Below the pieces are notes generated by a model. The model was not told the origin of the DNA and made no database searches. It saw only the letters and a list, made by a program, of their open reading frames with translations. Positions 36,502-43,111 of a stretch of 43,111 bases of DNA are shown piece after piece (position 1 is the stretch's first letter; each line of letters starts with the position of its first letter). A program made the translations under genes and the position numbers. Origin of the DNA: a virus (lineage: Duplodnaviria > Caudoviricetes); the IMG/VR virus record IMGVR_UViG_3300049982_000065, positions 1 through 43,111 of that record; one strand, 5' to 3'.

Positions 36502-36603
36502 ATGAGAATCACCGCACGTACGTTCATCACGTCAGGGGTTGCGATCGCCCTGGCCACCGTGGCGCAGACCGTGGTGTCCTTGTACTGGGTCGGCGCGCTG
36601 TGA
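36502..36603 (+). CDS. Single-TM peptide (33 aa) ahead of the lysin
   Basis: AGGAGG RBS; GTGA overlap with the lysin. Confidence 0.5.
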   Translation: MRITARTFITSGVAIALATVAQTVVSLYWVGAL

Positions 36604-37346
36604 GTTGGTCAGTGTCCCCGATCCTGGCTCCACTGATCTCCGAGGTCAAGGGACACAATCCGGGGATGACGGTATACACGATCGGGGATGCTGCCCACCA
36701 GGCGGAGGCGTCCGATCACAACCCTGATCAATGGGGTTTCGTGTGCGCCGGAGACTTCATGATCGGATCCGCGTTCACGGCGACGGAATGCGAGTTCCTC
36801 TTCGATCGGATCACCGCGATGATTCGAAGTGGGGACAAGCGACCGGCGTACATGATCTATAACCGGCGCATCGTGTCGAGCACCGTCCAGCCGGGCATTG
36901 TCCGCGACTACACCGGTACCGATCCGCATACCAATCACGGGCACGTCAGCGTGCCGCACGGATCCGACCCACATCCCACCGACTCATGGAACATCTATCA
37001 GGGAGACGACATCGTGACGACTCAGGCCGAATTCAACGACTTCATGGACGGATGGTGGAACGCACGAATGAGCCCCAACGCGGCCACCAACGCCGCGCGT
37101 ACCTACCTTCGGGTGGCGCCTTGGCATCAGGGCACTGGGTCTGGTGGTGCCGGTCCCACCGCCTTCGAAGTGCTCTTCGGTGAGATGCGAACCTCTTTGG
37201 CCGGACTCTCCGGCGATCAGGTGAACGAAGCCGAGATCGTCTCCGGCTTGCTCGCTGTTCTGACGCCAGAGGCCATCGCTACCGCAATCCCGGACGCTCT
37301 AGCCGAAGAGGTTGCCGCCAACCTCGCGGCTCGCCTGGCCGCCTGA
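36600..37346 (+). CDS. Endolysin, M15-like Zn peptidase
   Basis: SDHNP...AGD...YMIYNRRI...HTNHGHVS zinc-ligand pattern; position after the tail genes. Confidence 0.75.
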   Translation: MSWSVSPILAPLISEVKGHNPGMTVYTIGDAAHQAEASDHNPDQWGFVCAGDFMIGSAFTATECEFLFDRITAMIRSGDKRPAYMIYNRRIVSSTVQPGIVRDYTGTDPHTNHGHVSVPHGSDPHPTDSWNIYQGDDIVTTQAEFNDFMDGWWNARMSPNAATNAARTYLRVAPWHQGTGSGGAGPTAFEVLFGEMRTSLAGLSGDQVNEAEIVSGLLAVLTPEAIATAIPDALAEEVAANLAARLAA

Positions 37347-37411
37347 CCTCGCCTCCTGGCGGTAAGATCACGCCCGACCACGCCCACCCCCGAGACCTAG
37401 GCGGATCATGA

Positions 37412-37720
37412 GTGAGCAAGACGCAACGTTCTGGCACACGTTCCCGGCGGTACAAGCGGATAAGGCGGGATACCGTCTCGTTTACCCTGGGTTGGGTAGT
37501 GATCTTCGTTCAGCTTCTCGGGGATCCGGCCAGGGTGAATCTAGCCTTCCTCATCCTGGCCGGCGGGTTGGTCGGAGTCCCATTCGCCGCTCCGGCAATC
37601 GCCGCGATCAGGGGCACCGTGGCCGCACCTTTGACCGAGTCCTCTATATCGCCTCCATCGTCTCCCTCCTCTTTGTCATCGGGTGGGGAGTCTGGCGGTA
37701 CGGCCGATGACCCAAGCTGA
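37412..37720 (+). CDS. 2-TM membrane protein (holin candidate)
   Basis: Basic N-terminus, two TM segments, lysis cassette. Confidence 0.55.
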   Translation: MSKTQRSGTRSRRYKRIRRDTVSFTLGWVVIFVQLLGDPARVNLAFLILAGGLVGVPFAAPAIAAIRGTVAAPLTESSISPPSSPSSLSSGGESGGTADDPS

Positions 37721-37958
37721 GCGCCGTTCACGTCGTACCGCCTACGTCGGAATATTCGCATTCATCCTATGGCTTGCCTCGATCGTGCTTCTCGGGCTCT
37801 ATGCGAAGCAACTTAACGATCGAACGGAACGCAAGTTCTGTGCGGTAATCTCCGCAAGTACTCCGACCGACGCTCCACCTCCGACCACCGAACGGGGACA
37901 GAAGGCATTCGCGGCAATGCGGGATCTCAGCCGAGATCTCGGTTGCTCATCACATTAG
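37707..37958 (+). CDS. Single-TM lysis-cassette protein
   Basis: One TM segment then C...C ectodomain. Confidence 0.6.
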   Translation: MTQAERRSRRTAYVGIFAFILWLASIVLLGLYAKQLNDRTERKFCAVISASTPTDAPPPTTERGQKAFAAMRDLSRDLGCSSH

Positions 37959-37971
37959 GAGGCTTCACGAA

Positions 37972-38262
37972 ATGGCTACACTCCCGGCAACACCGGCAAA
38001 AGGCAAGACCGAACTGAAGGTGAGGGCTGCGGCTTGGACCACGTTCGTCCTCTCCCTGACCGCCACCACGTTTCTCGGTACCACGGCAACTGACTACGTT
38101 CACGCCCTGCCGGACTGGCTGGAGGTACCTGCCTACAGCTTCCTACTCTCCGCGGGCACGTGGGTGGCCGGCTACGTCCGCAAGTCCTCCCCCGCCGATC
38201 TCAGCCCTTCCACCATCGACGCCGTGCGCGTGTGGCTGGAGAAGAGGATGCCCCGTGTCTAA
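37972..38262 (+). CDS. Holin
   Basis: ELKVRAAA, two TM segments, WVAGY; AGGAGG RBS. Confidence 0.65.
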   Translation: MATLPATPAKGKTELKVRAAAWTTFVLSLTATTFLGTTATDYVHALPDWLEVPAYSFLLSAGTWVAGYVRKSSPADLSPSTIDAVRVWLEKRMPRV

Positions 38263-39502
38263 GATCCGCGCGTTCTGTGCGAGCCTCCTCCTTCTGGCCG
38301 TCATCCTGGTCACGCCGGGCACGGCTATGGCCGACCCCACGCCGGCACCGAAACCTCTTCCCGTTCCGCATCTTCAATCGGTCAAACCGACCGGCGTAAG
38401 GGCTGTTAAAGGTCAGCCAAGCGTTGTTTCACCGGATAGTCTCACATCGTGCGGAGGCTGCCTGAAGTACGCCACGGGAGCACAGGCACTTGCTCCGGCG
38501 GACTATGCAGACGGTGCTAGCGTGCGAGCGACGGTGAGCAATCCCTTCCTGGCGAGCGCGATTCAGAACGACAGTCACTCGATTGTCGAGCTGGCAATTC
38601 AGGCAACCGACCCAATCAGCGGTCTACGCAACATCGTCGAAATCGGCACCCTGACCGATAATGGCGTAGTGAACGGTGACGGGCTCGCGCACCTGTTTGT
38701 GTTCTCGTGGGTCAACAACGTACCTGGCAGTTACAACGGTGGGAATGGCTACGCAAACGCTGTTGGCTGCTCCCCATGTGCTGGTGACTCAATCCAAGGT
38801 GACGTGGGTACAGCTAAAACGTTCGAATGGCAGCACATCGGTACAGCCTGGTGGGCGAAGTACAATGGCAATTATGTCGGTGCGTTCCCGGACTCGACGT
38901 GGAGCGGTAACTTCACCAAGGTTGAAGTCGTTCAGGCGTTTGGTGAAGTGGCAGTCGAGAACAACGAAAGCTGTTCGGACATGGGTAGCGGTGGTCACGC
39001 GGGTACTGCGTCGAGTACCAACATCGATCAATACACGCTGACCAACAGCACGGCATCCCCAACCTTCACGCAGGGCACCACCTCAACGCCGAGCATCTGG
39101 GCTTACACCCAACCGTCAAGCACCTACATTCGAGTCGGTGGCGAAGGCTACAACTCAGTTGGCGAGGCTATCGGCGTCAAGGGCTCGTGCGCTCCGGCCG
39201 CTGAGGGCACCCCTGCCGCGAGTTCGCTCCAGGTGTGGAAGGAGCAGTGCCCGGACGGCGCTGCGGTCACCGGCTGCAACTCGGCCTGGTCGCAGCTGTG
39301 GTCTGGTCAGACCATCAACGCCTGCCACGCGCTGACCTCTCCGGACAACACGTGGCGCCGGGTGTGGGGCAACTACCTGTCCTCGGGCAAGTCGTTCTAC
39401 GTGTACGCCGCCAGCACGTGTGGTGCGACGCGCCAGCTCGTGACCAACGCGAGCAAGCTCGTGACTGGGTGGGACATCCACGGGTGGGCGCGCGCCGCGT
39501 AA
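38255..39502 (+). CDS. Secreted neprosin-family glutamic peptidase with small C-terminal Cys-containing domain
   Basis: Signal peptide (..GTAMA-DP), HSIVELA, NIVEIG, HLFVFSW, WWAKYNGNYVGAFP, QAFGEV, DMGSG. Confidence 0.8.
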   Translation: MSKIRAFCASLLLLAVILVTPGTAMADPTPAPKPLPVPHLQSVKPTGVRAVKGQPSVVSPDSLTSCGGCLKYATGAQALAPADYADGASVRATVSNPFLASAIQNDSHSIVELAIQATDPISGLRNIVEIGTLTDNGVVNGDGLAHLFVFSWVNNVPGSYNGGNGYANAVGCSPCAGDSIQGDVGTAKTFEWQHIGTAWWAKYNGNYVGAFPDSTWSGNFTKVEVVQAFGEVAVENNESCSDMGSGGHAGTASSTNIDQYTLTNSTASPTFTQGTTSTPSIWAYTQPSSTYIRVGGEGYNSVGEAIGVKGSCAPAAEGTPAASSLQVWKEQCPDGAAVTGCNSAWSQLWSGQTINACHALTSPDNTWRRVWGNYLSSGKSFYVYAASTCGATRQLVTNASKLVTGWDIHGWARAA

Positions 39503-39572
39503 CCCGCAACACCCAAGGGTCGCGTAACCCGCAACATCCAAGGGTCGCGTAACCCGCAACACCCAAGGGTCG
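39496..39572. repeat. 3 x 25-bp tandem repeat CGCGTAACCCGCAACAYCCAAGGGT
   Basis: Units at 39496, 39521 and 39546, one mismatch. Confidence 0.95.
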
Positions 39573-39584
39573 TGTTGAAACGGC

Positions 39585-39619
39585 GAAGCGGCACCTCTCG
39601 AATGAGGGGTGCCGCTTTC
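39585..39619. terminator. Stem-loop between convergent arms (bidirectional terminator)
   Basis: AAGCGGCACCTCT / AGGGGTGCCGCTT. Confidence 0.75.
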
Positions 39620-39637
39620 ATCGGGCCGGCGGATTAC

Positions 39638-40000
39638 TCAGGCGACCGCGACTGGCTCTTTCTCGCCGGCCTCGGCGGGCTCCGCGAGCGCCTCCTGGAG
39701 CTGCACGGTGACGCCGAGCGCCTCCGCCACCTTGTCGATGGCTTTGTGCGAGATGCCCACCTGTCCGCGCACGTCGACCAGCGCGTCCACGATCACGCCG
39801 AGCGGGATCCGCGCGTTGTCGCTGGACCGGACGTTCTTGTCGTTGATAACGACGATGGTACCGTCCGCGAGCGTGCCGACGTACTTCTCCTCGTTCGGGT
39901 CCACCGCGAGGATGGCGACCGACAAGCCGCGGTACTTACCGCGGGCCGGGGTGATCGACTCTCCGACGTTCTTCACTGATTGCCTCCTGTTGTTTGCCAT
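39638..40000 (-). CDS. Hypothetical protein
   Basis: 120 aa, strong GC3 bias; AGGAGG before an internal GTG start. Confidence 0.7.
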   Translation of the reverse strand: MANNRRQSVKNVGESITPARGKYRGLSVAILAVDPNEEKYVGTLADGTIVVINDKNVRSSDNARIPLGVIVDALVDVRGQVGISHKAIDKVAEALGVTVQLQEALAEPAEAGEKEPVAVA

Positions 40001-40026
40001 GCTGTCCAGTGCAGCTTATCAGAAGG

Positions 40027-40269
40027 TTAGCGTCTGGACTGCCCTGATGCCAAATCTTTTCCAGGATTCCAGTTGGATCCTGGCGTGAAGCGTGGGATGA
40101 CCGGCTTACTGCTCAGATGAAAATGATTGCACTCAGTACAGAGGTAGTAGCTCTGCATGGGTGGGCTACCGTCTGGCGCGGGCTCCATCGAGCTACGTAG
40201 CAACGCGAGGCGCGCCATCCACTCCTGTTCGTGCCAATTCTTCCCGGAGCTGCACTTACGCGGATCCAC
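40027..40269 (-). CDS. Small putative Zn-binding protein
   Basis: C..GK...YLCTECNHFHLSS. Confidence 0.6.
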   Translation of the reverse strand: MDPRKCSSGKNWHEQEWMARLALLRSSMEPAPDGSPPMQSYYLCTECNHFHLSSKPVIPRFTPGSNWNPGKDLASGQSRR

Positions 40270-40849
40270 GGGATTCCCTAGGAAACCGGCCGAACGCGCC
40301 AGGCTCAGTCGCCACCTGAGCGGCGATCATCCGCGCGGCGGCGTACTCGTAAGCTTCCTGCCACGCCGTGGTGAATCGCGGCTCCCATCCTGAAAGCTCC
40401 TCCAGTACGCCGGCAAGAGACTCCCATACCGCCGTGTATTCCAGGATCGAGGCGCCGCGCACAGTGCCGTCCGGACGGCGGAAAGCAGCGTGTGAGCGAC
40501 CGAACGTGGCGAGGTGAGTATCGAGGATGCCCATCGTCTCGATCTTATTTGGGTCGTAGCTCTGCCCGAGCGCGATCAGGGCGGCCAGGAGGCGATCCCG
40601 CTGAACCTTGCCCGGCCCGTCCGATACCGGATCTGTTAGATCATCCGGGAACAACGGCGCAAGATCAGGTGCGTCCGCGAGCAGATCACGATAGAACGTG
40701 GCCACTACCTTCTGGTGTACGGCATCGTCCTGGCCGAGCAGTTGCAGAGACTGCCGTAGTAGATCGTTGACCGTCAACACTCTCCCCGTTCCGAAGCATG
40801 CCGGGCACGCCGGCCGTAGCTCCAGATTCTCCGTAGAAACATCGGACAT
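40256..40849 (-). CDS. Single-domain globin (flavohemoglobin-type globin fold) with N-terminal CxxCxGxG
   Basis: VATFY (B10 Tyr), APDLAPLFP (CD1 Phe), VQRDRL (E7 Gln), FGRSH (F8 His), EY.AV.ESL, AWQEAY; GAGGAGG RBS. Confidence 0.85.
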   Translation of the reverse strand: MSDVSTENLELRPACPACFGTGRVLTVNDLLRQSLQLLGQDDAVHQKVVATFYRDLLADAPDLAPLFPDDLTDPVSDGPGKVQRDRLLAALIALGQSYDPNKIETMGILDTHLATFGRSHAAFRRPDGTVRGASILEYTAVWESLAGVLEELSGWEPRFTTAWQEAYEYAAARMIAAQVATEPGAFGRFPRESRGSA

Positions 40850-40890
40850 TACTGCCTCCTCAGTCTTACGTTTGAAGATCATCATTATCC

Positions 40891-41010
40891 CTATCTGCGT
40901 CTCCGGCCACGGCGCATCTTCGGTAACCGCGGTCGATGCCCTCCCGTAAACCACGCCCATCCGACCAGCATGCTGGACAATACGACTAAGACGAACAGAA
41001 AGCGAATCAT
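40891..41010 (-). CDS. Single-TM peptide with Arg-rich tail (39 aa)
   Basis: MIRFLFVLVVLSSMLVGWAWF...RRGRRRR; ATGA overlap. Confidence 0.55.
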   Translation of the reverse strand: MIRFLFVLVVLSSMLVGWAWFTGGHRPRLPKMRRGRRRR

Positions 41011-41423
41011 CTACGACATCCCCGACAGTGCAAGCCGGGACACGCACCCTGATGATTGACCCGTGTGAGCAGCCAGTAGCCAACCCAACTGGCCACACTC
41101 ACAGCAACCAATGCACGCCAGTGGGCGGCCAGAAGGAACCCCCACGCGGCGATGTAGCCGAGGACTACCGTGGCTAGTCCCATCCACCATGGCCACTTTC
41201 GGCGCGGCTCTCTCAACGGAATGATCACCACCCACGCGCCGGTAGCCGAGGACCCCATCCTGCCGGTCCGTGCCACATCGCCACGGCGGACTGCCTTCGC
41301 CAGCCATGCGCGCAACTCATGCGGGTTGCGGTGATAGACCAACTGCTCTCCGGGCAGAAGTGGTCGATCTGCGAGGATCTCCGCGCGCGCCCGTTCCCAC
41401 GGCGTCAGCTCCTGGCCGCTCAT
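41007..41423 (-). CDS. Membrane protein with C-terminal HxxxCxxxHCxxC motif
   Basis: Two TM segments, HQGACPGLHCRGC. Confidence 0.65.
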   Translation of the reverse strand: MSGQELTPWERARAEILADRPLLPGEQLVYHRNPHELRAWLAKAVRRGDVARTGRMGSSATGAWVVIIPLREPRRKWPWWMGLATVVLGYIAAWGFLLAAHWRALVAVSVASWVGYWLLTRVNHQGACPGLHCRGCRR

Positions 41424-41617
41424 ATCGAACCACTACGAAGAACGCACTCTTCGCGCTGGCTCTTTAGATCCTGGGCAATCCACCATGCAGACGCAAACTG
41501 TATCCAAGTTAGCGGTCCGTCCAGGTTGTTAACGGTGATTTCCTCAAGCTGATCGTCAGTCCATTGCGCCGTCACGTGTGGAGTAGCGTTGATATCGGTT
41601 GAGGCGATGTAGTTCAT
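41420..41617 (-). CDS. Hypothetical protein
   Basis: 65 aa, ATGA overlaps. Confidence 0.6.
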   Translation of the reverse strand: MNYIASTDINATPHVTAQWTDDQLEEITVNNLDGPLTWIQFASAWWIAQDLKSQREECVLRSGSI

Positions 41618-42171
41618 CGCGCCTTCTCCTCTTTGAGCCAGATGTTCTCACGTTCGCGCGGGCTCATGCCGGCATACCATCCACCCCATGAACCACCGGG
41701 CGTTTCCGCAGTCATCACCCAGTTATGACACATATCGAAGACTGGACAACGCTTGCACATCTCTCTGACTTGCTCCGCTCTGCCCGCGGCTCGCTTTACA
41801 CCGATCATGGAGTCCATGAGTTTAAGTCCACGGGGAGTCCGGCACGTACCGGCCATCAGGTTCAGCCGAGGAGTACCGTGTCGCACGTTGTGCAGGTAGC
41901 CGGGCTCCTGCTTCAGCGGTTGCCCCTCCTTGAGTTTTATCGCTGCACGGCGTTCGGCGCGGCGCTTGGCATCACGCGCCCGGTTGCGGACCTGTTCTGC
42001 TCGCTGGTGGTCATACAACGCAGCACGTGCCCGCGGGCAGATGCATTTTGCCCTTGCGCTATCGCGACCTTTAGCCGAGTGCACCGTGTTGTGTAGTTGC
42101 GCCGGGCAGTCTTCGAGGATCATCCATGGTCCGCCGCCGGGGAGTGGCCCCGTACGTGAACGCCATGTCAT
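41614..42171 (-). CDS. whiB: WhiB-family transcription factor with extra N-terminal Cys/His domain
   Basis: C...CKRCPVFDMC...WGGWYAGMSPRER; N-terminal C.AQLH...CICPRAR. Confidence 0.8.
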   Translation of the reverse strand: MTWRSRTGPLPGGGPWMILEDCPAQLHNTVHSAKGRDSARAKCICPRARAALYDHQRAEQVRNRARDAKRRAERRAAIKLKEGQPLKQEPGYLHNVRHGTPRLNLMAGTCRTPRGLKLMDSMIGVKRAAGRAEQVREMCKRCPVFDMCHNWVMTAETPGGSWGGWYAGMSPRERENIWLKEEKAR

Positions 42172-42641
42172 CTCGCGATCCATATTGTCAACCCCCCGAT
42201 CGTTGCCAGAGTTCCCCATCGCATGATGGCGCGTGGGATCTTGTACCACAGTCCGAGGTTGTCCCGGAGCATCCGCTGGAATTGCGCGCTTCGCCCGTTG
42301 ACTCGACGCACGTTGTACGGTGGTTGCTTCGCCCGGTTGTACACCGGGCAGAGTAGCCATATCCACAGTGTCTCTTGAGCTTTGCGCCACCATCGGACGT
42401 GAGTCCACCACCGCGGGAGCCGATGGAACCGCGGCTCCAAGTCGTTCCAATCCTTCGGCTTAGCGGTAAATCGGATACTCCCGTTCAAGTGCTCCTCCTC
42501 GCGGAGAGCGCGGTTGTACCCCTCGCCCACGTAGCCGACGTGTCGGCCGATGATTGGCCATCCGAAGAATGCCCCCGGCTTGCGCGTGGTGAAGAAGTAG
42601 CAGCCGGCATCCTTCGGCCAACGCTTCCGTCGCTTAGCCAT
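42168..42641 (-). CDS. GIY-YIG-like nuclease domain with C-terminal membrane anchor
   Basis: GCYFF...GYVGE..N...R..EH...E....LCPVYN; hydrophobic C-terminus. Confidence 0.6.
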   Translation of the reverse strand: MAKRRKRWPKDAGCYFFTTRKPGAFFGWPIIGRHVGYVGEGYNRALREEEHLNGSIRFTAKPKDWNDLEPRFHRLPRWWTHVRWWRKAQETLWIWLLCPVYNRAKQPPYNVRRVNGRSAQFQRMLRDNLGLWYKIPRAIMRWGTLATIGGLTIWIAR

Positions 42642-42822
42642 GAGACTGTCGGCCCGGTAGAGACGCTCGATTGCGCCATGCCTCGCTACTCGCGCGAACT
42701 GCGTAGTAACGCCATCTCCCACCAAAGCGAGAACCGACAACTGCGTAACGCTCGCCAGTCGTCTTCGCGCGTGTACGCGCAAGCGCTATTGTATTGGCGT
42801 ATGCCAATATTGAGTACGTCAC
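42634..42822 (-). CDS. Small basic hypothetical protein
   Basis: 62 aa, GTGA overlap with the traB stop. Confidence 0.55.
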   Translation of the reverse strand: MTYSILAYANTIALARTRAKTTGERYAVVGSRFGGRWRYYAVRASSEAWRNRASLPGRQSHG

Positions 42823-43111
42823 TTACCCCTCCTGGCCGCAATCTGCGCATGACGTGTTCTAGTCCACATCTTAACTGCTTCAACATCGTATGTATAGCCT
42901 GAGAATTGCGTTCCACCCTGTACGGACGGGAAGCCGGAATCGGGATCTTTGGCGGCATGCTGAAGAATGTTGAGAGTGATTCCCAGTGGCTCCAGGCTGG
43001 TCGCGAGATCGCTCAGCTTCGCCAACCGGAGGGGTATTTCCTCCCCTTCAAGATAGTCCAATGTTGGACTATCTGCGTTGGGCGCAGTTAGGCGGTTGCC
43101 CAACAGATCTC
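42819..43111 (-). CDS. traB: TraB-like translocase, 3' end (C-terminal winged-helix DNA-binding domain)
   Basis: In frame with 1..1766 across the 127-bp overlap; GITLNILQHAAKDPDSGFP...YTYDVEAVKMW. Confidence 0.8.
   Translation of the reverse strand, partial: DLLGNRLTAPNADSPTLDYLEGEEIPLRLAKLSDLATSLEPLGITLNILQHAAKDPDSGFPSVQGGTQFSGYTYDVEAVKMWTRTRHAQIAARRGK

Larger units (their letters stand above)
1..43111. mobile_element. Complete circular(ly permuted) actinobacteriophage genome, siphovirus-like, HK97-type head
   Basis: Full terminase-portal-protease-capsid-tail-tape measure-lysis gene order, a replication arm, and ends that overlap by 127 bp. Confidence 0.95.

Noticed and set aside
39496-39572. 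CRISPR mini-array
   Set aside because: The repeats are contiguous with no spacers, and there are no cas genes
42819-43103. Stand-alone excisionase-like 94-aa gene
   Set aside because: It is the in-frame C-terminus of the TraB-like ORF across the junction, and there is no integrase
42985-43111. Biological direct terminal repeat
   Set aside because: The length of 127 matches a standard assembler k-mer, it falls mid-gene, and the terminase type is more consistent with headful packaging

Overview
The window is a complete, circularly assembled genome (about 42,984 bp unique; bases 1-127 are identical to 42985-43111) of a tailed siphovirus-like phage of a high-GC actinomycete. A filamentous host such as Micromonosporaceae or Streptomycetaceae is inferred from the WhiB, DUF2637/Spd-like, TraB-like and neprosin genes. 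The + strand (12.3-39.5 kb) carries an RHH regulator, prim-pol/AAA helicase, a repeat-rich putative origin, RusA, terminase, an HK97-type portal/ClpP/capsid module, tail genes, an M15-type endolysin with holin candidates, and a secreted neprosin-family protease. The - strand arm carries a C5 methyltransferase, SF2 helicase, PD-(D/E)XK exonuclease, a putative SSB, a permuted NlpC/P60 enzyme and a ~680 nt non-coding tract with tRNA-like folds. The most striking feature is hidden by the assembly junction: a 643-aa TraB/FtsK-type DNA translocase of the kind that drives actinomycete plasmid conjugation. It is preceded by a DUF2637 (Spd-like) membrane protein and followed co-directionally by a membrane-anchored GIY-YIG-like protein, WhiB and a stand-alone globin. 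I recognise no integrase and no ParA/ParB. About nine near-identical promoter/operator boxes (TTGACAWCTGGACTRG...TAGRCT) tie both arms into one regulon. All family assignments are from visual motif recognition; no database searches were run.
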